From assembly GCF_009914755.1 (NCBI RefSeq), contig NC_060928.1: a DNA stretch of 64,000 nucleotides; one strand, given 5' to 3'. Position 1 is the first letter of the stretch. Each line of letters opens with the position of its first letter. This DNA is from the human T2T-CHM13v2.0 reference genome, Homo sapiens. The notes below the pieces were generated by a model, which did no database searches, was not told the DNA's origin, and saw nothing but the letters and a program-made list of their open reading frames with translations. The translations under genes and the position numbers were made by a program. Shown here one piece after another: positions 17,829 to 31,200 of the stretch.

Positions 17829-19099
17829 CTACAATCTCAATCTCTAATATGTAATAATTATAGTAACCTAACTTATAAATTTGTGCATACATGTCTGTGT
17901 ATGTATGTGTGTATATAGTAAAATAGTTAATATAATATGTAAAGATCTTGTACCATATCTGGTACATAATAAGCAATAATTAAGTGTTAATTATTACTAT
18001 GACTGTTATTGACACCAAAGCAAATTCACTGATACTAAATTGGATTTTCATTTATTTAATCTATGGAACACCAACATTGTATTGCCTTGAAATTAAATGA
18101 AGCCTCATTGGAATTCAAATATATCTTATGAAGAATCATAAAATATCATCCAAAATGACACATTTTCTATTATTTGCAATTATGCGGAATGAAGACAGCA
18201 TGAAAAATTAAAATCCCCAACAGACTTCTTACTTAGGAGGGGGCCCTGTGCTAAGTACTCAAAAGCCTATTGATTTAATAAATGAGTTCAAAGCCCGCAT
18301 TAGCCAATAATGTTTGCCTGAAAAAAATTCACCTTGGTTATCCAAAGCTACTGAAAAAGAAGATGAAAAATTTGTACTTTCTTCAACAACAACTCTGCTC
18401 TCTGGTAAAAATGGCAATATAATTCCTGAAATTTTCAAAAGATGATAATTGAAAGAGAAGCAATACACCTAGTAATGTATACACTGATTTATTATTAACA
18501 ACTGAATTGCTGGAAAATCATTTAGGAAATTAACAAAACATAATAAAAGCAATACAATTTAAAATGCGGGTTATATATTCTGTTGGATAGAGACACCTCA
18601 TTTAATTCAGGTAAGTTTACACCTTGCCATTTGAAATGTTTACATTTCAGAGAAGGAGCAGAGAAGGTAAAAGTTTGCTATTTATTTTACTGAAATTCAA
18701 TTAAACAAGTGTTTATTGATCATGTACTGTGTGCCTACCAGCTTTTTAGATACTACAGGATTACACAGCCATTTCAGATAACATCATGCTCTTGGGAGCC
18801 GCATGAAGTAGATTAGATATAGTAAGACCTATATACATAAATGCATATATGAGAAAGAGGGAGAGGAGAAACAGCAAGATATTAGTGGTAAAAAACCAAA
18901 ACAAAACAAAAATGTGGTAAAGATAATATGGGCAATGGAGCAAATGGAAACAATGTAAACTATAATTCTTAGAAATAATATTTTAAAAGCGACACAAATT
19001 GAATAGATGAATAAAAAGGACTCCGGTTCCAGCTCCACTTTCCAACCTTACCACCTACTCGGCCCTACACTGACACTCCCCTTCAGCAATACAGAGCTA

Positions 19100-20200
19100 T
19101 GCAGCAAGCTCCGAATATTCCTCACGTCCCCTTCAAATCTCAATGCATTCTTTCTCCCCAGCCTCAAATGCATCCCTACTTCTCCGCTTACAGCCAAGAC
19201 TCAGCTTAATTAAGACACATAAGGAACCACTCGTTTGACCCTCCCTAAGCACTACCATGTATTGTTAGTGTTGTTTTCATACAGATTTTTTAATTCTCCA
19301 ACTAGACCATAAACTGGCTGAGCACACAGACTGTGTATTATACAAATCTGTGTCTTTCCCACGGTGCCTGGCAGACTGTCAATAAATATCTGGTAGTTGA
19401 TTAAGGTGGAAGCTGACTTAAGAGCAAAGTCAGGGTGTTACTGAGCTATGATAAGCTTTTATTAAAGGAAGACATAAAGAAAGAAGTATTGGTAAAATAC
19501 CAACTGAGTAGTAGTATGGTTAGTTTAGGGATACAGAAGAGTCTGTCAAGTGAAAGAGAAGAAACAACCTGAATTGGAAGAAAGAAAGAGGTAGAGCAGA
19601 GATATTTTGAATGAAGCATTAATAAGACTCAGAGGCTGATTTTTCATAAAGAACAAAGGTGAGAGATGAATCACAAATTACTTTAAGGTTATAAATGTTA
19701 GTGCCTGAAATAATCATGATGTTATCATTAACAGTGATGTGAAAGTTGGGAAGAACTGCCAAGTTTGCAGGAAGGCTTAGAAGTTAAATTTTCATCTTGT
19801 TATGTTTTAGGTACCTGTAAAATATAGGCATGGGAAGATCCTATAGGCAAATGAACATATAGAACCTAAAAACTGAAGCTAGAGAGAACAAGGTGTTGAC
19901 GATGTTGATTTGGGAGACATTCACAAACATATGTTGACTCAATGTACTAAAGGGATTAAGTGAAAAAGGGAAAAGACCAGAGAGTCAAGAATCTCAAGTT
20001 AGGTGGGAAGAATAGGGATCAGAGAAAGAATGTGCAAAGAAAAAGAAAAAAAAAACAGAGGAAAAAGACCAAACTAGCATAGACAACATGCAAATCCCTA
20101 ATCTCAGGAAGAAGCAGGTTATCTTGCAGTAAATAAATGAGCTAGAGAGTCAAGAATTTTATGACTAAGAGAAAAATTGAATTTTAAAGATTTTATAAAA
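19100..20200. mobile_element. Degenerate L2 fragments (both orientations)
   Basis: L2 3' end ...ccacggtgcctggcagactgtcaataaatatctggtagttga near 19400, then a purine-rich reverse-L2-like tract. Confidence 0.45.
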
Positions 20201-20534
20201 GAATATCTATATACATACACACATTAGTCAAAATAGAATGTGTTACACTATTTCATGATATGACATTCAAAGCACAATGATTTTGTCTATTTCATTTCCT
20301 CAGCGCTACACACAGTAAAGCTCAAAGCAAGCACTAAATAAATGTTTGTCACATAAGTGTGCAGAATGTTTCTCTCCAGTTAGAACGAGTGAGGCAGCAT
20401 TACATTGTGGGGACACAGAAAAACGAAGCTCTCTCAAGTCTATGGCAAAGCCAGTATTAGTATTCCATAGCTGGAGATCATTTTACATTTGTTCACTGTT
20501 TATGAATTTCAGCAGACTCTAACCTTCAAGAAAT

Positions 20535-20770
20535 AGTGTGGTGTGTGGGAAAATGTTTGGGCTTTGAAGTGGAACAATACGGGTTAGAATCCCAGCTCTG
20601 CCATGTCTTAGAAAACTGTGAAGCTTCTGAAAGCAACAACTTGAATGTCTTCATTTTTTAAATGGTAATACTGATAACAATATCTAACTTACAGGATTGT
20701 TATAAGGAGTAGAAGAAACATTACATCTGATAAGGCCTGACTGGATGAAGGAAATTAACAAATGTTTATT
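20535..20770 (+). mobile_element. MIR SINE
   Basis: gggttagaatcccagctctgcca...acaggattgttataagga. Confidence 0.65.
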
Positions 20771-22089
20771 TTCCTTCTTATTTCAGGAAAGCTACATCCA
20801 GAAAAAACTCCTGGAGTTGGGATTTCAAAATCTTATTTCCATTTTATTCAAGTTATTTCCTCTTTCTGCTGCAGCAAGGCAAAACTGATGAACAAAGAGC
20901 AGCTTATTATTAGGAAGTAAGCATTAAGGAATTATAACTTCAGCGAGGATGCCATGTAAGAACTGGAACTTTAAATCTTCCCTGGACAAACTAGAAGACA
21001 TGAAAATACTGCAGATGAACCATTTATTATTCCTCTCTTTCTCCTGTAGGCCTCCTGGCTTAACTAGAATGCAGTCTCTCTGACTCTCAACCCTAGCTTA
21101 CTCAAGAAGCTAGAGAATCCTGTTACCAAATCTGTATGGTTCTGGCTGGACTATAGGAAACATATTGAGGTTTGGGAATTTGACGGCGCTTTCTGCTGAA
21201 TGACAGGTGAAAGAGTGGTTTATAAAATTGTATGAGTTTTTAGAAAAGTTTATCTACCTCCTACCTATCAGAAAATATGAGTTAATGTTTGCTAATATAA
21301 TTCATTATGAAACAACATAAAATCATGCCTCAAAAGACACATATAAAAACATAAATTCCCTCATCTTTAGAACTTTGTTTTCAAGTTTATACATAACAAT
21401 GTTATGAATTCTGTAGGAGTTTAATTTTTTCTTTCCTGAAACTGACACAAATATTCATTTAGAAAATATTTATTCCCATCATCTCCTAATGAATTACAGA
21501 TAATTTATGGATATTAAAATTTGAATAATTTTGAAATAATTAGAGCTTTTTTGAAAAGAAAAATCTCAATATCTCTTCTGTACTAGTAATGGAGTTACTA
21601 AGTTGCAGAAAAATGTCACTATAAAAACACAAGAAAAACATTTTTTATTAACAAAAACCACATTCCTAAGGAAATGAAATCAAGGCAAGGTACTTAACAG
21701 CAGATTCATCTTGGAGATTATAATCCTAATGTTTTCACACTCTTACTCAAACATCTGGCACTCGACTGTATCACTCACTGGGTCATTTTTCCTCTTTCAA
21801 CAAGGACTTACTCATAAATGTCCTATCTTTACACAGAAGTTTACTTAACTAAGAGTAGACATTTTCAGATATCTGTAATGCATAATATATTAATAACATT
21901 TAAATAAAATATAAGCCTTTATGCTTTCCTAAGATATGTGTAATCAGAAAATAATAACACAGTACAATTTCCTTAAGGCACCTATCACAAAAAAAGTTGC
22001 TGAAAGCTTTGTACACATCAATGTTAACACCTCAAAATTTCAGTAAGATCTTAATCAAAACCAGACATTATGCTCCACTCTGGGCCTTT

Positions 22090-24600
22090 TGTTTAACTGA
22101 GGTAAAATGTATCGTACAATATAGTAAGTCTGGATAAATGTTTCCCTGAGCCAAGAAAGCTACCCTGTGCTCTCTCCAGCCAATCCCCGCCCACCACTAG
22201 GAAACTACTATTCTAATTTCAGTCACATAGTTTGGTTTTTGCCTTTTCTTGAACTTGATGTAAATGAACCATACAGTAAGCACTTCTTTGTGTCTTTTTT
22301 CCCTGAAAGTTTTTAAGATCTGGGTTGTATGCATCAGTAGTTCATTCTTTTCATTGCTGAATAGTATTCCATTATATGCATATACATAGTTTACCCACAT
22401 TATGAATAAAGATGCTATGAACATTCATGTGCACATATTTGTGTGGACATGTGTATTCATGTTCCTGGATAAATACCTGGGAGTGGAATTCCTGGGTCAT
22501 AGCAATAGGTATGTACTAGGTAGGCCTAGGGTATATATACAGTGACTTTATAGGAAACTGACAAGCTATTTGCTAATGTGGTTGTGCCATTTTATGCTTC
22601 CCACCAGTGAAGCATGCGAGTTCCAGCTAATTCACATCCTTTCCAATATTTGGTGTTTTCTATCTTTATCATTGATTTCTGGAGGTATAAAATAGCATTT
22701 AATTCAGGTTTTAATTTGCCATTTGTATTTCTCTGACTACAAATGATGTTGAGCATTTTTAAAACGTGCTTATTGGCCAGCATCATTGGTTAAGCCTGTC
22801 TTTAAGTCTTTGGGTAGTATTTTTAATTTTTGATTTTCAAATAATTTCAGACTAACAAAAAAGTTTAAGAAAAGTACATAAAGTTCCTGTATAACCTTCA
22901 CTCAGCTTCTCCAAATGTTATATAACATTATAAATCTTACATAAATATCTTAATCACAGCATAATGATCACTGAATTATAATTCAATACTCTTAACAAAT
23001 CCACTTTTCTTATATTTCATCGGTTGTCCACCTATGTCCTTTTCGTGGTTCGGGGTCCAATCCAGGATCCTTGGTCTCCAACCGACAGTCTCTCAGTTTT
23101 TGTTTTCATGACCTTGACACTTTTGAAAAATACTGGCCCGTCATTCCGTAGAATGTTTTTGAGTTTGAATTGTCTGATATCACCTCTTGCTTAAATTCAA
23201 CTTAGGCATTTTTGGCAAGAATTTAACAAGAGTGACGTTCTACCCTTCTCAGTGCACAATTCCAGGTGGTACATGATATTGACATTTCTCATTACTGGTG
23301 ATACTAACTTTGATTACTTGGCTAAGGTGCCCGCCAGGTTTCCCTACTATAGTGTTATTTTTTCCTCTGTTCTTAATAAGTATCTTTTGGGGGGATATTT
23401 CAAGACTAGGCAAATATTCTGCTTCTTATATTTTCACCTACTAATTTAGCATCCATTTATCATTCTTATTTGTAACAATTATTACCATGGTGATGGCCAA
23501 GTAGTGTTTTTCTATTTTCCTCATTTCTTCTATATTTATTGATGGCATTGCACTGTAAGCTGTCCCTTTTTCACCATTGATAGATTTATTGTGTATGAAA
23601 TTATGGATATTTAATGCATGCTATGGATTATAATCTATTCACCCTCATTTATTTATTTTGTTGTTCAAGGTATCCCAGATTTACCCACCAGGAGTTTCTT
23701 CAGATGAGTTCTTGTGTCCTTTTGAAATACCTCCATCCTTTTTTGAGACCTCCTTACTTTCTGGAGCCCCAGTATATTGCTGCTCCAAGATCATTTGTAT
23801 TTTCTCTGCCCCTAGTCCTAAATCCAGCCACTGCTTAAAGATCCTGACTCTTTTTGGTGGTGAATGGTATTAAGAAGTCAAGATCTGGGTGCTAGCTATG
23901 CTTCTTGTTACTGGGTGTCACTGTATCTGGGCCTTCTCAGTAGACAGAACAAGGAAATGTAGATATGTTCACATAAAGAGACACACATAGGTATGTATGC
24001 ATATTAAAAGCCAGGAGATCATAGTGCAATTTCCTATTGCAATCCAACATTACAGGGTTCATTCCTAATTTGCAATCAATCCCATTAGCTCCTGGCTGAT
24101 CTTCCCTGTATTTCTTTGCACAAATATGCAGATATACGTGTATTATATATTTTCTTTTTTCTCACATGAATAGTTGCATTATTTATACACACACACACAC
24201 ACACACCCAAGTACTTTGCTTTTTCCAGTGACAGTACATCGTCCATATCAACTCAGAGAAACCTTTCTTATTCTTTTATAAAGCTGCACAGTACTCCATT
24301 GTGTGGATGTACTATGGTTTATTTAAGCATTATCCTAGGTTTGGGCACTTAGGTTCCTAATATTTTACAATAAAAAAGCAAAGCTGCAATGATTTTTTTG
24401 CCAGCTTTTCATTGGGTAGTCTTTCTTCTTTTAAGCTATATATATAAATATCTCCATTACATATTATGGAAACAGGTCCTCTGTCAGATACATGCTGCAA
24501 ATATTTTCTTCAGCCTATGACTTCCCTTTGCATTTTCTTAATGGTATCTTTTGGTAAGTGGAGTTTTAAATTTTAATGAAGTCCAACTGATTCATGCATC
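22090..24600 (-). mobile_element. Nested old L1M fragments (L1ME-type interrupted by an L1MC/MD-type 3' end at about 22820-24100)
   Basis: gaatagtattccatt, ggataaatacctgggagtggaatt, second 3' end ttttcaaataatttcagact, and resumption tttaaattttaatgaagtccaa. Confidence 0.7.
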
Positions 24601-24796
24601 CAAATTTTGAAAACATAGTAAAGCAGAAGACAACATTTAAAAGTCAAAAGAACTACTGAAATTTGAGTATCTATTGTTTAAAGTGGCTGGATATGCAAAG
24701 CAGGAGACTACTGTTTATGAAACATTATATCCAACCCCATATAATAAAGGTGTTCAGAAAAACATAAAATATCCTTCCACCACAGCCAGACTGCCG

Positions 24797-24840
24797 GCAG
24801 GAAAGAAAGGCAAACTATCCGCAGGAAAGAAAGGCAAACT
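24797..24840. repeat. Direct duplication (20-mer x2, 24-bp period)
   Basis: gcaggaaagaaaggcaaact at 24797-24816 and 24821-24840. Confidence 0.92.
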
Positions 24841-25027
24841 CCTGTATGATGCCTATAAAAGAGCTGAGAGGCATAGAAGGGATGAACAATTATGGTGAAA
24901 GAGCTGATGACTAGTAGTAGAAAGATTCTTGCCCAGGTCCCATGAAGAAGGCAACTGAGCAAAGACACAAGGTCTAGGCCAAGAAACCATCTCCACAGCC
25001 TTTTGCTGAAAGGAGATTAAAGCAAAT

Positions 25028-25379
25028 TGATAGATGCAGGAGGCAGATAAGGGAACCTGCACAGGATCTCACCCAGGCATGCCCGCAATGAACTGGGGGC
25101 CCACATGCAAGCTTGGACAATAAAGTGGAACCACCCGAAATTCACGCCTTAGGCACTGGGAGAAGCCTGGCCTCTTCAGCTTGTGTGTGATGGCCTGGTA
25201 TTCAAACAGTGAGGTGGGAGCCTGTTGGCAGAACCCCCTCTTTCTTCGCTGAGAACTTTCTTTTTACCTAATAAATCTGCCCTCCTCACCCTTCAATATT
25301 TCCTCATGTCTATTTTTTCCTGGTCATGAGATCAGAACCTGGATTTTAGCTGAACTAAGCAGCAAAATATTCTGCATCA
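25028..25379 (+). mobile_element. ERV1-class solo LTR (MER61-like)
   Basis: TG...CA ends (tgatagatgcagg ... tctgcatca), 4-bp TSD aaat on both sides, AATAAA at 25270-25275. Family name from memory. Confidence 0.8.
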
Positions 25380-25729
25380 AAATAAGGTTATAGTCCTGTG
25401 TGTATGCCAATTTTGGAACTGGAAAGGGTACTGGATCTTAATTCTAAATAAACAAATGATATGTGGGCTCTGGGTTTCTTGGCAGAAGGAGATGAGATAC
25501 AGTTAGAGAGTACTGACATTCTCAGCCCATAGATACATGTTACCACAGGCCACAGATACTCCTGTGATAGCCAGGTCTCCCAGTTCTAAGATCTGCTAAA
25601 GTAAAGCAAAAATACACCCAAATGAAAGTCACCAAATGTCACCTCTGGCCAAAGATACCAATTTAAATAGTCAGAAGATAGTTTACGTTTTTTATAAGCA
25701 GCTTAAAGTTAAAGGGACATTGTAGTGGA

Positions 25730-26560
<831 letters not shown>

Positions 26561-27250
26561 ATAATAGAATATCCTACTTAACATCCAATGCCTTTACCTT
26601 AGCTCTAAATTCTTCCTCTGTTTCATTTAAGCTTTCATGCTCAGTTATAACCATGCAGTGGGATGAAATAAGAGTAAGCGGAAGTTCAAGTTTCACACAC
26701 AAAACAGGAGAATGTATTTATGTTTTAAAGTCTTAGTTCTAAATCCAACAGACCATGTGATTTCCTAGTATCACATTATAGGTTAACAACAGCTAAAGAA
26801 CAAGAAAGATGCTCAGCAAATTCTCCAAATTTAAGTATCGATTACTGAAAACAAGCTCTTGTAATACAAACTCAAAATGAATTCTAAGATGTGTGTGGTG
26901 GTCACATGGCCTAACAGAGAAGACTGCTTTTTATTCTTAGTACCATCTAAAGGATGCTTAGGTCCTACTTGTCAAGGTAATTTTCACCCCTTGGTGAGTA
27001 TTCCAATCTCTATGACAGATTAATCATTTCAAACAGTATTCTGTTAAAAGTGCAGTGCTCTAAACTGATGACTAAAAGTATCATTTTCTTAGAGGGATAA
27101 AATTCTCTAATGCATGTAAGGACCTAGATTCTAGGTCCAGATTAAAAACTAATGATGATATTTCACAACGAACCAAAACTTTCAATTCGGCCTTTTTGCT
27201 ATAACCATTGATAAATTCTAATATATTCATTGTGAAGATCCAATAACAAA

Positions 27251-29962
27251 CAGACATGCCTTAGAGATATTGAGAGCTCTGTTCCAGATCACCACAATAA
27301 AGCAAACATCCCAATAAAGCAAGCACATAGTTTTTTTGGTTTCCCAGTGCATATTATGTTTACACTATTACTGAAGTCTATAAACTCTGCAGCAGTACTG
27401 CATCAAAAAAAATCTACACACCTTAATTAAAAATACCTTATTTCTAAAACTGCTAATGATCATCAGCCTTCAGTGAGTAATAATCTTTTAGCAGGTAGAG
27501 TCTTGCCTCGATGTTGATGGCTGCTGACTGATCAGAGTGGTGGTTGCTGAAGGCTTGGGGCAACTGTGGCAATTTCTTAAAATAAGACAACAATGAAGTT
27601 TGCTGCAAAGATTTACTTTTCCTTTCATGAAAGGGTTCTCTGTAGCATGTAATACAGAACTTCCTTCAAAACTGTAGGCAATCCTCTCAATCTCTACCAC
27701 TGCTGTGTCAACTAAGTTTACGTAATATTCTAAATCCTCTGTTGTCATTTCAACAATGTTCAAAGCATCTTCTCCAGGAGAAGATTCCATTTCAAGAAAC
27801 CACTTTCTTTCCTCATCCATAAAAAGCATTTCCTCATTAATTCAATTTTTATCCTGAGATTGCAGCAATTCAGTCACATCTTCACGGTCCACTTCTATTT
27901 CTAGTTCTCTTGCTATTTCTACCACATCTGCAGTTACTTTCTCCAGTGAAGTTTTGACCCCTCAAAGTCATCCATGATGGATGGAAAGTTGGAATTAACT
28001 TCTTCCAAACTCCTGTTAATGTTGATATTTTGACCTCCCATGAATCGTTTATGTTTTGGATTGTATCATATTATAGAATGGTGAATTCTTTACAGAAACT
28101 TTTCAATTTACTTTGCCAGATCCATCGGAGGAATCACTATGCACAGCAGTGATTGCCTTATAAAATGTATTTCTTAAATAATAAGACATGAAAGTCAAAA
28201 TTCCTCCTGGATCCATGGACTGCAGAATGGATGTGTGTTAGCAGGCATGAAAACAACATTAATTTCCCTGTACATCTGCATTAGAGTTCTTTGGTGACTA
28301 GGTGCGTTGTCAGCATGCAATAATATTTTGAAAAATATCTTTTTGTCTGAGCAGTGGGTCTTAACAGTGGACTTAAAATATTCAGTATACCATGCTGTGC
28401 ACAAATGTGCTGTCATCTAGCTTTATTGCATCATGTATAGAGTACAGGCAGAGTAGATTTAGCACAATTCGTAAGGGCCCTAAGATTTTTGGAATCCTGG
28501 CTTTAACATAAAGTCACCAGCTACATTAGCCCCTGACAAGAGAGTCAGCCTGTCCTTTGAAGCTTTGAATCTAGGCACTGTCTTCTTCTAACTATCAAAG
28601 TCATAGGTGGCATCTATCTTCCAATAGAAAGCTATTTCATCTACATTGAACATCTATTGTTTAGTGTAGCCACCTTCATCAATTATCTTAGCTCAATCTT
28701 CTGGATAACTTGCTACAGCTTCTCCATCAGCACTTCCATCAACGTGAAGTGCTGCTTCGCCTTGCACTTGGAGACAGATTCTTTTCTTAAATTTCATGAA
28801 CCAACCTCTGCAAGCTTCAAACATTTCTTCCGCTGCTTCCTGACCTCTTTTAGCCTTCACAGAATTGAACAGAGTTAGGGCCTTGCTTTGGATTAGCTTT
28901 GGCTTAAGAGAATGTTGTGGCTGGTTTGATCTTCTATCCAGACCACTAAAACTTTCTCCATATCAGCATTAAGACTGATACCAGCCTTAAAAGTGCGAAT
29001 CTGTGAACATACAAATTAAACCAGCCACATGGTTTTCTTTCTTATCATTTGTGTGTTCACTGAATAGCACTTTTAATTTCCCTGAAGAACTTTTCCTTCT
29101 CATGTACAACTTGGCCAACTGGTGCAAGAGGCCTATCTTTCAGCCTATCTCAGCTTTCAATATGTCTTCCTCACTAAGTTTAATCCTTTCTAGCTTTTGA
29201 CAGATGTGCAACTCTTCTTTTCACTTGAACACTTAGAGGCCATTGTTGGATTATTAATAGGAATAATTTCTTTAGGTTTTTTTTTTTTTTTTGAAGCAGG
29301 GTCTCACTCTGTTGCCCAGACTGGAGTGCAGTGACACAACCACAGTTCACTGCAGCCTCAACTTCCCTTGGTTTAAATGATCCTCACACTTCAGCTTCCT
29401 GAGTAGCTGGGACCACAGGTACATGCCACCACGCCTGGATAATTTTGTATGTTTTGTAGAGATGAGGTTTCACCATGTTGTCCAGGCTGGTCTCAAACTC
29501 CTGGACTCAAGCAATCCTCCCACCTCAGCCTCCCAAAGAGCTCAACTCAATTGGGCTAATTTCAATATGTTGTGTCTCAGGGAACAGCAACGTCTGAGGA
29601 GAGGAAGAGAGATGGAGGGAATGGCTGGTTGGTGAAGCAGTCAGAACACATACAACATTTGTAATTTATGCTCACCGTCTTACGTGGTCATGGTTTGTGG
29701 CACCCCAAAGCAATTACAATAGCAACATCAAAGATCACTGATCACTATAACAGATATAATAATAATAATAATGAAAAAGTTTGAAATATTGCTAGAATCA
29801 CTAAAATGTGACACAGAGACATGAAGTGAGCACATGCTGTTGGGAAAATGGCACTACTACACTTGCTCAATGCAGGGTTGTCACAAACCTTCAATCTGAA
29901 ATTAACAAATGCAATAACTGCAAGGCACAATAAACAAAGTATAATAAACTGAGGTATGCCTA
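27251..29962 (-). mobile_element. Near full-length Tigger1 (pogo-like) DNA transposon with a disabled transposase, interrupted by an Alu
   Basis: TIRs cagacatgcctt / gaggtatgccta followed by TA. ORF fragments 28195-28416 ([12 protein letters not shown]...[11 protein letters not shown] domain) and 27488-27829 (EERKWFLEMESSPGEDA) match Tigger1 transposase. About 2.4 kb without the Alu. Confidence 0.93.
29277..29540 (-). mobile_element. AluJ-like SINE inside Tigger1, 5'-truncated
   Basis: Poly-T, cacagttcactgcagcctcaac, ends cctcccaaag. Confidence 0.9.
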
Positions 29963-30304
29963 TATCTAAAGATCATTGAAGTAAGTGGCCCATATACTGA
30001 ATAATGATGGGGTGACCATCATCCACAAGCAATCTCCCAAAAGTAATTTCAATGTGCAAGTTTGGTTTCTGTCATGCTAAGCATCCTAACATAAAGCTTT
30101 CTGTCTACTGAATACACTGTAACAATATGTTCAGTTTCTCTATGCTAGGTGTTAGGAAGGTGACAAGTTAAACAATTTTTTTATTTTGAGGAGAAATGCC
30201 ATCAAAATTTATCAGTGCGCATCAGGCAGAATCACAGAGTGATTGCCCAACATTTCAATGGGTCTCCAGTACTTATATAACCTTATTTAAAAAGGGGAGG
30301 GAGA

Positions 30305-30665
<361 letters not shown>

Positions 30666-30721
30666 TTACTAGGGAGAATGAATGGATTGCGGAACAGAGA
30701 TTAACTTGGGTTTTCTCCCTC

Positions 30722-30826
30722 TATTTTCTTATTTTTTAACTTTTATTTCAGGTTCAGGGGTACATATGCAGGTTTGCTATACAGGTAAATTCATGTCATG
30801 GGGGTTTGGTGTACAGATTATTTTGG
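30722..30826 (-). mobile_element. L1PA (old primate) extreme 3' fragment
   Basis: ttttaacttttatttcaggttcaggggtacatatgcaggtttg...gggtttggtgtacagattattt. Confidence 0.75.
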
Positions 30827-31177
30827 GTGATGCGTTTAAAACTTAAACTAGAAACAACTGCTAAACATGAAAATATTTTCACAATGTTTTGCACTAAACT
30901 ATACCTGCTGTTTTATTATGTCATGAAAATATTCAAAAGAGCTTTGGAATGGTCAATAAATCGCATTTAAAATGACAACTCCTGGTTACAGGAGGGTCCT
31001 CATTAGAAACTATTTAGGACATTAAAATGTGTGGTGCTTCCTTGGTTCTTGATTTGTAAAAAGTGCATTGTAAACACTTATAAAAACAACTGTAAAAAGA
31101 TCTTCATGAGATGATACTAAGGAAATTTTTGAGGATTATTCTTTTAATAATAGTATTTAAAAAATTTAAGTGGCAAT

Positions 31178-31200
31178 TATATATATATATATATATATAT
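31178..31200. repeat. (TA)n microsatellite
   Basis: About 11 uninterrupted TA units. Confidence 0.9.

Noticed and set aside
26598-26640. Exon-like HESLNETEEEFRAK with donor AAG|gtaaag on the minus strand
   Set aside because: No convincing polypyrimidine acceptor and no recognisable homology.
27121-27139. Hairpin ggacctaga-t-tctaggtcc
   Set aside because: 9-bp arms are expected by chance in 64 kb, and intrinsic terminators do not apply here.
27488-28416. Transposase-like ORFs as a functional or domesticated gene
   Set aside because: They are short fragments in different frames with stops, inside a decayed Tigger1 that is also interrupted by an Alu.
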